NCBI GenBank assembly: GCA_900547445.1
Contig: URGJ01000001.1
Coordinates: forward strand, 53,556-117,555
Direction: 5' to 3'
Length of the DNA: 64,000 nucleotides
DNA from: an uncultured Oscillospiraceae bacterium
GTDB taxonomy: Bacteria; Bacillota; Clostridia; Oscillospirales; Acutalibacteraceae
The notes below the pieces were generated by a model that worked only from the letters and a program-made list of their open reading frames with translations, was not told the DNA's origin and did not search any database. Both the position numbers and the translations under genes were made by a program. Numbering within the stretch: the first letter of the stretch is position 1; each line of letters starts with the position of its first letter. Positions 55,742 through 64,000 of the stretch are shown here, piece by piece.

Positions 55742-56893
55742 TCACACATCGTCACGCTGTTCATAAGTCAAACTAACTTTACGCCCATCGTGACAGCGTT
55801 TGTTCTGATAACGGATTCCATACTCATCGAACAAACGCCCTGCATTGATATTCAGCTTCATCGTCAAAGCGTTTGCTTTCATTTCAACGCCGAGAAATTC
55901 AACAAGTTCCGTCGGGCTGCCATACCATTCGGGATTTTCATTTGTGATTTTGACGGCGATATTTTCAAGCAAAGGTTCAGGCGGCAATTTCCAAAGTTCC
56001 GTTTCGGTTCTCTCAAGTTCCCACACAAGGGTTTCAGGATTGCGATTGAGATAAATCTTTTGATCGGGCTGGTCTCTGCCTGAAACTTCAAGCGTTGCCG
56101 AATTGCTTGTTCGTTTTTCTTTCCGTAAAATAAAGCCACCGTCGGCGGCGCCAAGCAATCCGTTAGTTCCTGAAATCATATCAAACTTATCCTCAGAGTT
56201 CTGCTTGCGTGTATGATGAACAAGCAGCAAACATATTCCGTAACTGTCCGCAAACTTTTTAAGCCTTGTTATAATCTCATAATCGTTTGCGTAACTGTAA
56301 TTATCACCGCCCACTTCACGCACCTTTTGGAGAGTGTCTATGATAATCAATTTTGTATCGGGGTGTTCTGCCATAAATCTTGTAAGCTGTTCGTCAAGTC
56401 CACTTCCAAGTTGACCCGCCGAAACAGAAAAGTACAAATTATTCGCACTTTCTGTTCCGAACATCCTATACAATCTTTCTTGCAATCTGTGGTAATCATC
56501 TTCAAGCGCAAGGTACAAAACAGTTCCTTTTCTCACATCAAAATTCCAAAGCGGTGTACCTGTACTGATATGGTAAGCAAGCTGTGCCATAAGAAAACTT
56601 TTGCCGAGTTTTGGTGCTCCTGCAAAAATATATGTGCCCGGATAAAGCAAACCGTCAATCAGCGGCGGTTTACTTTGATATACCGTGTTATACAACTCAC
56701 GCATAGAAATCGTTTTCAAATGTGATGGATCGAGCTGTTGCAAAAATTCTTTTTGCATTTCTTCAAGATAATCATCTAAACTCTTGTCATTTTCATTAAA
56801 ATCAGTTATACTGTTGTTAATTTGTTTTAGGATTGACTGCTCCGTATCTGCGCCAACAGATACGATCGGAGCGGTCTTTTCTTTTTCTGTCAT
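55742..56893 (-). CDS. AAA_25-type ATPase with N-terminal extension, copy 2
   Basis: Walker A GAPKLGKSFL and Walker B LIIIDTLQ. 4-nt overlap with the MobC-like gene. Confidence 0.7.
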   Translation of the reverse strand: MTEKEKTAPIVSVGADTEQSILKQINNSITDFNENDKSLDDYLEEMQKEFLQQLDPSHLKTISMRELYNTVYQSKPPLIDGLLYPGTYIFAGAPKLGKSFLMAQLAYHISTGTPLWNFDVRKGTVLYLALEDDYHRLQERLYRMFGTESANNLYFSVSAGQLGSGLDEQLTRFMAEHPDTKLIIIDTLQKVREVGGDNYSYANDYEIITRLKKFADSYGICLLLVHHTRKQNSEDKFDMISGTNGLLGAADGGFILRKEKRTSNSATLEVSGRDQPDQKIYLNRNPETLVWELERTETELWKLPPEPLLENIAVKITNENPEWYGSPTELVEFLGVEMKANALTMKLNINAGRLFDEYGIRYQNKRCHDGRKVSLTYEQRDDV

Positions 56894-57216
56894 TCCGATG
56901 CCTCCTTTAATCCACCGAGAATATCAGCAATCATTTCGATTAAATCAAGTAATTCGTCATTGACTTCACCGCCGTTCTCAATTCTCTGTAATTCCGTAAG
57001 TACATCTGCAAGATTATTACGCAAAGCCTTGTATACTCTCGGATTACCTTGAACGACCACTTCTTTGTTAGTAAGTCGCCTTGTGATATAGTCCTGCTTG
57101 GTTAAACCCGAAAGCTGAACATAGCGCTCAATCTGTTCCCACTCTTCGGGCGAAACTCTAAAAGCCACAGTCTTATTTCTCCAACGGTTATGTTCATCTT
57201 TGTTTTTAAGTGACAT
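56890..57216 (-). CDS. RHH mobilization accessory protein (MobC-like), copy 2
   Basis: RNKTVAFRVSPEEWEQIERYVQLSGLTKQDY. GGAAGGAGAG RBS 8 nt before the MSLKNKDEH start. Confidence 0.5.
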   Translation of the reverse strand: MSLKNKDEHNRWRNKTVAFRVSPEEWEQIERYVQLSGLTKQDYITRRLTNKEVVVQGNPRVYKALRNNLADVLTELQRIENGGEVNDELLDLIEMIADILGGLKEASE

Positions 57217-57217
57217 A

Positions 57218-58297
57218 TTACTTTCTCTCCTTCCATAATTCATCAAGCGTATTTGCCATTTCATTTTGTTTTGACGGATATATGTGTGTATATCTGTCGG
57301 TAATTTCCACTGTTTCGTGACCAACCCTATCAGCAATTGCAGCGGCTTGATACCCTTGATTTATTAAAAGTGAAACATGCGAATGTCTCAAATCGTGAAT
57401 ACGAATACGCTTTACCCCTGTGGCTTTTGAGCCTCGGTCCATTTCGTGATGAAGATAGCTTTTTGAAATAGGGAATATTCTGTCTCCGTCATTCGGTGAA
57501 TAAAACATTTTCAAATATTCCTGCATTTCATCACATAAAAACTGCGGCATTTTTATTGTTCTTTTGCTTTTCTCCGTTTTCGGTGGAGTAATAACATCTT
57601 CTCCGTGCAATCTTTGATAAGATTTGTTGATTGTAAGCATATTGTTTTTAAAGTCAAAATCACCGGCAGTTAATGCAAGCAACTCACCTACACGAATACC
57701 TGTCCAATAAAGCATTTGAAAAGCATAATATGAAATAGGCTTGTCCATCATTTCATCAGAAAACTTACTGTATTCCTCCACAGTCCAATAACTCATTTCC
57801 TTGCGTTCTTCCTTACCCATATTACCGACCGTAGAGGCAGGATTTAATCTTAAGCCGTAAATCTTGATTGCGTGATTGAACAATGCACTCAACTGATTAT
57901 GAATCGTCTTTAAATATCCCTGAGAAAGCGGCTCTCCACTTGAATTTGTTTGCCTTCTAATCTCATTTTGCCAAGCGATAACATCTTTTGCCGATATATC
58001 GCATAATCGCTTATGCTCAAAATACGGCAATATTTTAGTTTTAATAATATGTTCTTTGGTAAGCCAAGTGTTTTCCTTTAACTTTGGTCTAACATCTTTT
58101 TCGTACAATTCCGTAAAAGTCTTAAATGGCATAGTGACATCGGCTTTCTTTTCGGTCAGAAATGCTCGTTCCCACTCCTGTGCCTCTCGTTTGGTGGCAA
58201 AGCCACGCTTTAATTTTTGCTGTCGCAAGCCTTGCCAGTCTGTGTAACGGAACTGCACATACCAAGTTCCGTTTTTTTCATTTTTAAATGCTCCCAT
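57218..58297 (-). CDS. int: Tyrosine-type site-specific integrase, copy 2 (~70% identical to copy 1 by eye)
   Basis: IRIHDLRHSHVSLLINQGYQAAAIADRVGHETVEITDRYTHI. AAAGGAG RBS before MGAFKNEKNGTWY. Confidence 0.9.
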   Translation of the reverse strand: MGAFKNEKNGTWYVQFRYTDWQGLRQQKLKRGFATKREAQEWERAFLTEKKADVTMPFKTFTELYEKDVRPKLKENTWLTKEHIIKTKILPYFEHKRLCDISAKDVIAWQNEIRRQTNSSGEPLSQGYLKTIHNQLSALFNHAIKIYGLRLNPASTVGNMGKEERKEMSYWTVEEYSKFSDEMMDKPISYYAFQMLYWTGIRVGELLALTAGDFDFKNNMLTINKSYQRLHGEDVITPPKTEKSKRTIKMPQFLCDEMQEYLKMFYSPNDGDRIFPISKSYLHHEMDRGSKATGVKRIRIHDLRHSHVSLLINQGYQAAAIADRVGHETVEITDRYTHIYPSKQNEMANTLDELWKERK

Positions 58298-58298
58298 T

Positions 58299-58505
58299 TT
58301 AATCGCTCCTTTCAATTGTTTTAGTTGAGTAAAATTTTTCGTGAAAGAATTTACGGTCAATTCTGCCGGGAATTGTAATACACCCGGTTGACTGCAATTC
58401 CTTGTTTAGTTTGCGTATGAGTTTATATGCGTAAGAAACGGAGACGCCCATTTCTTCTGCCACATCTTCAACACGCATAAACATTTTATTTGACATAAAC
58501 ATCAT
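58299..58505 (-). CDS. xis: Excisionase (Xis), copy 2
   Basis: MRVEDVAEEMGVSVSYAYKLIRKLN HTH. Confidence 0.65.
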   Translation of the reverse strand: MMFMSNKMFMRVEDVAEEMGVSVSYAYKLIRKLNKELQSTGCITIPGRIDRKFFHEKFYSTKTIERSD

Positions 58506-58645
58506 CCTTTCATTTTTATATTTTCATATTTATTGTCGGATACTTTCTGACCGCATTCCGATTTGCCCGAGCGGATACACCATTACCGTGATGTATGACG
58601 GTTATTCTGTTGTTTGCGAATAGACTTAACGCTATTTGCTTAATG

Positions 58646-58674
58646 ATTATACTAAACATATTCCGTTATGTCAA
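58646..58674 (-). promoter_or_regulatory. Sigma-70 promoter for xis-int (element 1)
   Basis: TTGACA (rc of 58669-58674), 17-nt spacer, TATAAT (rc of 58646-58651). Confidence 0.55.
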
Positions 58675-58716
58675 GTGGTTTTCACAAGAATATTAAACTT
58701 TTTTGTTTTATGTTAC

Positions 58717-58746
58717 TTGACATTGCTTAACTTGTTATGCTATGAT
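58717..58746 (+). promoter_or_regulatory. Sigma-70 promoter for the XRE repressor (element 1)
   Basis: TTGACA (58717-58722), 18-nt spacer, TATGAT (58741-58746). GAGAGGAG RBS and ATG at 58777. Confidence 0.55.
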
Positions 58747-58776
58747 ATTTAACAGTAAAGTGAGAGGAGCTATAGT

Positions 58777-59247
58777 ATGGCTATCGGCGAAAGAATAAGA
58801 TTTTTCAGAAATTTAAAAGGTATGACGCAGAAGTACCTTGGTATGCAGGTGGGCTTTCCGGAAAAAACCGCTGACATCCGTATGGCACAGTATGAATCCG
58901 GCAGCAGAACGCCTAAGGCTGATTTAACAAACAATCTTGCAAATGTGTTTGGCATATCGACAAGTGCCTTAACTGTGCCCGACATTGACAGCTACAACGG
59001 ATTAATGCACACTCTGTTTACTCTTGAGGATTTATACGGTTTCCGTATTGGTAAACTTGATGATGAGCTTTGCATACGCCTTGATAAAGGTATGGGAACA
59101 AATTATCTTACAATGTTTGATATGTTTTCCACTTGGCAGGAACAAGCAGAAAAACTTAAAAACGGCGAAATCACAAAAGAAGAATATGATAATTGGAGAT
59201 ATAACTACCCCGAAGGCGTAGCTTTCAATTATCGTAAGGAGGGATAA
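58777..59247 (+). CDS. XRE-family (cI-like) HTH repressor, copy 2
   Basis: MAIGERIRFFRNLKGMTQKYLGMQVG. Paralogue of 46199..46729. Confidence 0.8.
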   Translation: MAIGERIRFFRNLKGMTQKYLGMQVGFPEKTADIRMAQYESGSRTPKADLTNNLANVFGISTSALTVPDIDSYNGLMHTLFTLEDLYGFRIGKLDDELCIRLDKGMGTNYLTMFDMFSTWQEQAEKLKNGEITKEEYDNWRYNYPEGVAFNYRKEG

Positions 59248-59249
59248 AA

Positions 59250-59855
59250 ATGCCTGTAGTAAATGTTAATTTACTAGTTGACGAAAAGACATATGCTGCT
59301 GTTCAAGCCGGAGTTTTGGAACTCTGCGGTATGGCGAAAAATATTGACAACAAACGAGTTGCAAAGCATATTCCCGCTGTTGCAGATGCTGCTAAAGAAG
59401 GTGCAGCTAAGGCTATTGATTTTATTCGTGTTCATAAAAAGGGTACTGTTATTGTTAGTGGAATTCTCATAATAGGTAGTGCTGTTGCCGGTGTCATCGG
59501 TTACATTGCAACCCGTGATAAAAGAAACCTTGAAAAGCGATTTGCCCAAAATCTTCAGATTTATTTAGATGCCGCAAAAGATGGCAAACTAACTGTGGAA
59601 ATTTTAGATAATTTAATAAACTCCCTTGATGAACTTTCAAATGACGATACTTCTAAGGCAGTAAACTTGAAAATCACGCCTTCCCAATTTAGTGATTTGA
59701 TACAAAACATATTTGATTACACCGTATGTTTGGCTGAAGCAAATAATATGAGTCCGACACTTATTAGCAAGCCCAAGATTTTGAAGAAAAAAAACTATTC
59801 CGATCTACAATACTATTTGAATATGCAAAAAAATATTTTTGAGCAAGTCGCTTAA
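59250..59855 (+). CDS. Single-pass membrane protein of unknown function, co-transcribed with the XRE repressor
   Basis: Starts 3 nt after the XRE stop. Central TM helix TVIVSGILIIGSAVAGVIGYIA. No homologue recognised. Confidence 0.45.
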   Translation: MPVVNVNLLVDEKTYAAVQAGVLELCGMAKNIDNKRVAKHIPAVADAAKEGAAKAIDFIRVHKKGTVIVSGILIIGSAVAGVIGYIATRDKRNLEKRFAQNLQIYLDAAKDGKLTVEILDNLINSLDELSNDDTSKAVNLKITPSQFSDLIQNIFDYTVCLAEANNMSPTLISKPKILKKKNYSDLQYYLNMQKNIFEQVA

Positions 59856-59868
59856 AACAAGCATAGAA

Positions 59869-59910
59869 AAAAGGCATTACCGACTGCAAAAGTCAGTAAT
59901 GCCTTTTATA
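59869..59910 (+). terminator. Rho-independent terminator at the end of element 1
   Basis: Stem aaggcattac(c)gactg (59871-59886) / agtcagtaatgcctt (59891-59905) with one bulge, then TTTAT. Confidence 0.6.
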
Positions 59911-59972
59911 GTATTAAAATATTTGTACCTGCAAACCGATAGAACGCTTAGAATAAAGTCATTTTTCAGTTT

Positions 59973-59990
59973 GCTATCATTTTGCTATCA
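59973..59990. repeat. Arm-type repeats GCTATCA x2 (11-bp phasing), right end of element 1
   Basis: tttgctatcattttgctatcaaa. Confidence 0.5.
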
Positions 59991-60046
59991 AATCGGGAAT
60001 TTGAGAGTCTAAAACCCAGTGTTTATGCGGGTTTACGCAACTCTTG

Positions 60047-60061
60047 ATATTATTCCCACTC
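60047..60061. repeat. att core repeat A at the true 3' end of guaA (atATTATTCCCACTC)
   Basis: Overlaps the guaA stop codon. The reverse complement reads GAGTGGGAATAA, i.e. ...IEWE-stop. Confidence 0.7.
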
Positions 60062-61576
60062 AATTGTGGCAGGGGGTTTGGAGGTTATATCGTAGACTAT
60101 GCGGTTTACGCCCTTTACCTCGTTTACTATTCGGCGGGATGCGGCGTCAAGCACGTCATAGGGGATTCTCGCCCAGTCCGCGGTCATAAAATCGCTTGTC
60201 ATAACCGCTCTGAGCGCAACGGTGTAATCGTAGGTTCTGAAGTCGCCCATAACGCCGACCGAGCGCATATCGGTAAGCACGGCGAAGTACTGACCGATTT
60301 CGCGGTCAAGCCCTGCGTTTGCGATTTCCTCACGGAAGATAGCGTCGGCGTCCTGCAGAATTGAGATTTTTTCCCTTGTGAGCTCTCCGATAATTCTAAC
60401 TCCGAGTCCGGGACCAGGGAAAGGCTGGCGGTAAACCATATTTTCAGGCATACCAAGTTCAAGTCCTACCCTTCTGACCTCGTCCTTAAATAGGTCGCGG
60501 AGTGGCTCGATAATCTCGTCAAACTCGACGTGGTCCGGAAGTCCTCCGACATTGTGGTGGCTCTTAATAAGCGCGGCGTCGCCCACGCCCGATTCAATAC
60601 AGTCGGGGTAAATCGTGCCCTGAACAAGGTAGTCAACCTTACCGATTTTCTTAGCCTCGGCCTCGAAAACGCGGATAAATTCCCTGCCTATTATCTTGCG
60701 CTTTTGTTCAGGCTCGCTTATGCCGCGAAGCTGACCCAAAAACTGCTCGGACGCATCGATTGAAATAAGATTAATATTATAAGTCCCCTTAAACAGGTCG
60801 TTAACCTGCTTCGCCTCGTCCTTTCGAAGCAAACCGTGATCCACAAAAATGCAGGTGAGGTTCTCCCCTACCGCCTTGTGCAAAAGAAGCGCGGCAACAG
60901 AGCTGTCGACGCCGCCCGAAAGCGCGCAAAGCACCTTTTTATCGCCGATTTTGTTCTTCAAATTTTCGATAGTACGAACCGTAAAGGAGGACATAGTCCA
61001 CTCCCCCTTACATTCGCAGACATTGTAAAGGAAGTTCCTTATCATCTGCGAGCCGAGCGGAGTGTGCATAACCTCGGGGTGGAACTGCACGGCGTAAAGC
61101 CTGTCCGCCGCGTTTTCCATAGCCGCAACGGGGCAATCGTCGGTTTTGCCAATGATTTTGAAGCCGACGGGAATTTGCTTTATATAATCGGTGTGGCTCA
61201 TCCAGCAGACGGTTTTCGCGGGAATATCGGTAAACAGCTTGCTCGTGCCGTCAACCTTTACCTCAACCTTGCCGTATTCGCTCGCGCCTGCCTCAACCAC
61301 GCCCCCCAGCATATGCGACATAAGCTGAGCGCCGTAGCAGATACCCAAAATCGGTATTCCGAGTTCAAAAAGCTTTTTTGAATACAGAACGGCGTTTTCT
61401 CCGTAAACGCTTTTCGGACCGCCCGTTAATATTATTCCCTTGTAGCCCGCCGCGGCGATCTCCTCAATCGGAGCGGTATAGGGGCGTATTTCGGAATAGA
61501 CGTTGTTTTCTCTTACCCTTCTTGCGATAAGCTGATTGTACTGACCGCCGAAGTCAAGCACCAAAACCTTTTCCAT
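60050..61576 (-). CDS. guaA: Glutamine-hydrolysing GMP synthase
   Basis: [23 protein letters not shown] (GATase domain), [10 protein letters not shown]-loop, and C-terminal dimerisation domain ending TIEWE. GGAGG RBS before the ATG at 61576. Confidence 0.95.
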   Translation of the reverse strand: MEKVLVLDFGGQYNQLIARRVRENNVYSEIRPYTAPIEEIAAAGYKGIILTGGPKSVYGENAVLYSKKLFELGIPILGICYGAQLMSHMLGGVVEAGASEYGKVEVKVDGTSKLFTDIPAKTVCWMSHTDYIKQIPVGFKIIGKTDDCPVAAMENAADRLYAVQFHPEVMHTPLGSQMIRNFLYNVCECKGEWTMSSFTVRTIENLKNKIGDKKVLCALSGGVDSSVAALLLHKAVGENLTCIFVDHGLLRKDEAKQVNDLFKGTYNINLISIDASEQFLGQLRGISEPEQKRKIIGREFIRVFEAEAKKIGKVDYLVQGTIYPDCIESGVGDAALIKSHHNVGGLPDHVEFDEIIEPLRDLFKDEVRRVGLELGMPENMVYRQPFPGPGLGVRIIGELTREKISILQDADAIFREEIANAGLDREIGQYFAVLTDMRSVGVMGDFRTYDYTVALRAVMTSDFMTADWARIPYDVLDAASRRIVNEVKGVNRIVYDITSKPPATIEWE

Positions 61577-61665
61577 AGTAACCTCCGTAAGTATAAAACT
61601 CAATATAAATTATTATATCTCAAAACTCCCGTTTTGTCTATCCAAAAAAGCATTTTAATAAACAT

Positions 61666-62271
61666 TTAAATATAATCGTAGACCTCGACCACTCCGCTTT
61701 TGTGGTAAAGCGACGGTGTGATGCGCAGGGAATAACCCCGTCCGCAGTCTGCCGTCCATTCAACGGGCTTGTGCCGCGGTAGGGCACAAACGCCCAACAG
61801 CATCATAATAGCTCCACCGTGCATAATAACTCCGGCGTCGGTAACGCCGTCGTTTGCCATATCAATTACAATTTTGTTAAGCCCTATGCACAGCCTTTTT
61901 ATAAATTCGGAGTTGTCCTCTCCGCCCGGAGGGGCTGAAAGCTTGCCCGACGTCCAGGGAATAAAATTCGGGTCACTTTCAAGCTCCGTTGCGGTTTTGC
62001 CCTCGAACGATCCGAAATCGTACTCCCTTAAATCCGAAACAGGGATAATATCCATATCGGGATATAGCACCGCGCCTGTCTGGCGGCAGCGAAGCAGAGG
62101 GCTTGAATAAAGCCTCCCGATTTCGGGGTATTCAATATCGTCCTTCAATAGTCTCAATTCGTTAAGACCCTCGGGCGAAAGGGGCAGGTCGGTTTTACAG
62201 CCAATATACTGTCCCGCATAATTGGCGTCGGTCGCGCCGTGGCGTATAAGATGTATTCTAAGAGTTTTCAT
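61666..62271 (-). CDS. Histidine phosphatase family protein (phosphoglycerate mutase / CobC-like)
   Basis: N-terminal catalytic RHG motif in IHLIRHGATDAN. Confidence 0.75.
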   Translation of the reverse strand: MKTLRIHLIRHGATDANYAGQYIGCKTDLPLSPEGLNELRLLKDDIEYPEIGRLYSSPLLRCRQTGAVLYPDMDIIPVSDLREYDFGSFEGKTATELESDPNFIPWTSGKLSAPPGGEDNSEFIKRLCIGLNKIVIDMANDGVTDAGVIMHGGAIMMLLGVCALPRHKPVEWTADCGRGYSLRITPSLYHKSGVVEVYDYI

Positions 62272-63389
62272 TATAGGTACTCCAATAAATTAGTTATTAT
62301 GCTGTTGGATAAAAGCATACCGCGGTCGGTAAGGTAGATGCGGTCGGCGTCTATGTTGAGCAGTCCCGCCCCTTTAAGCGGCAGGGCGGCTTTTTTTACT
62401 GCATCGGGCAGGTCTTTACCGAAGCGTTCGCGGTATTTGTCGAAGCAAAGCCCTTTTTTAAGTCTCAGTGCCAGCATTATATATTCCTCTTCACCGCCGC
62501 CCTTGCCGTCCGAAACGGGCGGCTCGCCCCTTAAAAAGGCACGGCTGTCGCGCTGGTAGTAAGACCGCTCGCCGCCGACAAAGGAGTGTGCCGACGGACC
62601 GATTCCTAAGTACTCCTCGCACCGCCAGTATTTAAGGTTATGCTTACCCTCTTTGCCTTCCTTTGCAAAATTGGAAATCTCATAGTGGGCAAATCCCTTT
62701 TCCTCTAAATAACGGCACATAAATAAATACTGATCGGCAGTTTCGTCCCCGTCGGGCAAATTAAGTGTATCCCGCTTTTTGTAAAACAGGGTGTTTTCTT
62801 CAAGCTTTAAAATGTAGGCGGAGATGTGGTCGGGTCTTGCCGAAAGCACAAAATCAAGATCGGACTTAAGGGTGTTTAAATCAGAATCAGGCAGACCTAT
62901 CATCAAATCAAGCGAAATATTGTCAAACTCCAGCGCCCGCGCGGCTTTTACGGTTTTAAGGGTATCGTCGGCGGTGTGAGTGCGCCCCAAAAGGGAAAGC
63001 ATAGCGCCGTCTCCGCTCTGCGCGCCGACCGACAGACGGTTTACACCCGCTTTTTTTGCGGCGGCAAGTATGCTTTCACAATCCCCCGCGGGGTTTACTT
63101 CAAGGGTGATTTCTTTCGTTTCGGCAAGGCAAAACGCCTCTTTTACCGCCCCAATTATAGGTATAATCCGCTCGCCCAAAAGTGAGGGAGTTCCCCCGCC
63201 TAAATAGACCGTATCGACTAAGGGGCGGCAAAGTCTGCCGCCCCAATTTTTTATTTGCGAAATAAGACCCTCGGTGTAATTATCAAGCGCTTTATCACCA
63301 TAGAATGCCGAATAAAAGTCGCAGTAGGCGCATTTTCTTTGGCAGAACGGGATATGGAGATAAAGTCCTAAAGGCTTTTTATCAGTCAA
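62271..63389 (-). CDS. hemW: Radical SAM family heme chaperone HemW (HemN-like, oxygen-independent coproporphyrinogen-III-oxidase-like)
   Basis: Radical SAM CxxxCxxC in LYLHIPFCQRKCAYCDFYS. Start uncertain: a TTG at 63389 gives MTDKKPLGLYL with an 8-nt overlap onto the upstream gene, versus the far-upstream ATG at 63458. Confidence 0.7.
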   Translation of the reverse strand: MTDKKPLGLYLHIPFCQRKCAYCDFYSAFYGDKALDNYTEGLISQIKNWGGRLCRPLVDTVYLGGGTPSLLGERIIPIIGAVKEAFCLAETKEITLEVNPAGDCESILAAAKKAGVNRLSVGAQSGDGAMLSLLGRTHTADDTLKTVKAARALEFDNISLDLMIGLPDSDLNTLKSDLDFVLSARPDHISAYILKLEENTLFYKKRDTLNLPDGDETADQYLFMCRYLEEKGFAHYEISNFAKEGKEGKHNLKYWRCEEYLGIGPSAHSFVGGERSYYQRDSRAFLRGEPPVSDGKGGGEEEYIMLALRLKKGLCFDKYRERFGKDLPDAVKKAALPLKGAGLLNIDADRIYLTDRGMLLSNSIITNLLEYL

Positions 63390-63954
63390 GAATTTCACCG
63401 ATACAGCTGCCGGGAACGGCGGCGGCGTTAGCCTCGTCGGTATCGATATGCATTGCAAGCTTATATTTAGGGCTTACCCTTGCTACAACATCGCCGAATA
63501 CGAGAGCGCGTCCCTCGGTCGGGATTTTAACGCTGATAACCTGCTTATCCTTAATGCCGTACTTTTCCGCGTCCTCGGGGGTCATATGTACATGTCGCTT
63601 TGCCACGATAACGCCCTCGCTAAGCTCGATTTCACCCGCGGGGCCTACAAGCTTGCAGGGAGCGGAACCCTTAATGTCGCCCGATTCTCTTACAGGGGGC
63701 TTTACGCCTATTGTACGCGCGTCGGTAAGCGACAGCTCAACCTGAGTTTCGGGGCGGGTCGGTCCTAAAATTGAAGCCTTAAGCTCGGACTTGGGTCCTA
63801 CAACCGTAACCTTTTCCTCGCAGGCAAACTGACCCGGCTGTGAAAGGTCTTTTTTAGGGGTAAGGGCGTGACCCTTGCCGAAAAGGATTTCAAGCGCCTC
63901 GTCTGTAACATGCACGTGACGCGCGGAAATTTCAACCAAAACTTCTTTTGCCAT
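63382..63954 (-). CDS. pduL: Phosphate propanoyltransferase PduL/EutD-like
   Basis: Two repeated halves each carrying an RHVH-type motif (ARHVHVTDE ... AKRHVHMTPED). Confidence 0.7.
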   Translation of the reverse strand: MAKEVLVEISARHVHVTDEALEILFGKGHALTPKKDLSQPGQFACEEKVTVVGPKSELKASILGPTRPETQVELSLTDARTIGVKPPVRESGDIKGSAPCKLVGPAGEIELSEGVIVAKRHVHMTPEDAEKYGIKDKQVISVKIPTEGRALVFGDVVARVSPKYKLAMHIDTDEANAAAVPGSCIGEILD

Positions 63955-64000
63955 TATAAATTACTCCTTGCCGTATTTGAATTTATAATATAATTTTACC

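Larger units (their letters stand above)
46976..60046. mobile_element. Integrative mobilizable element 1 (~13.1 kb), adjacent to guaA: restriction-modification + phosphoesterase cargo plus a TnpV/MobV/AAA_25/MobC/Int/Xis/XRE module
   Basis: Bounded by att cores B (46961-46975) and A (60047-60061). GCTATCA arm repeats with 11-bp phasing at both ends (47079-47110 and 59973-59990). Mobility module paralogous to element 2. Confidence 0.7.

Noticed and set aside
1-64000. Search for CRISPR arrays, rRNA or tRNA genes
   Set aside because: No tandem 25-40-nt direct repeats with unique spacers, no rRNA-like conserved blocks and no cloverleaf-compatible tRNA candidates were noticed. Coding density is high throughout.

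Overview
This 64 kb window is low-GC Firmicutes chromosome, apparently clostridial and cellulosome/amylosome-bearing because type I dockerin repeats are present. It has three parts.

(1) Positions 1-23.3 kb hold a glycan/sialic-acid foraging locus that reads as one ~18 kb minus-strand polycistron. Its genes are a tandem-FAH protein, an FAD oxidoreductase, a sugar ABC transporter (two permeases plus a lipoprotein SBP), a 1927-aa surface-anchored BNR/sialidase-like protein, a cytoplasmic paralogue of it, the NanQ/YhcH anomerase, the NanA lyase, and a dockerin protein with LamG/DUF1080-like domains. An AraC regulator is divergently transcribed, and a second FAD oxidoreductase and an AEC transporter lie beyond it.

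(2) Positions 23.6-34.2 kb are housekeeping and envelope genes: Crp/Fnr, a ferredoxin, U32 peptidase, MltG, DJ-1, ThyX, GreA, a truncated response regulator, and an ECF sigma / anti-sigma / SGNH / MBOAT operon.

(3) Positions 34.3-60.05 kb are a tandem array of two related integrative mobilizable elements inserted in the 3' end of guaA. Each carries a tyrosine integrase, Xis, a cI-like XRE repressor, a MobC-like RHH protein, an AAA_25 ATPase, a MobV/Pre relaxase with an identical 46-nt oriT, and TnpV. The elements are bounded by direct repeats that each re-encode the guaA C-terminus 'EWE-stop', and by 11-bp-phased arm repeats. Their cargo is defence genes. One element carries an overlapping AbiEi-AbiEii-giant DUF4011/SF1-helicase/Vsr-nuclease (Hhe-like) operon. 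The other carries a C-protein-controlled two-methylase restriction-modification operon translationally fused to a calcineurin-like phosphoesterase + HAD phosphatase pair that may be an uncharacterised module.

guaA, a histidine phosphatase, HemW and PduL close the window. No rRNA, tRNA or CRISPR was seen.
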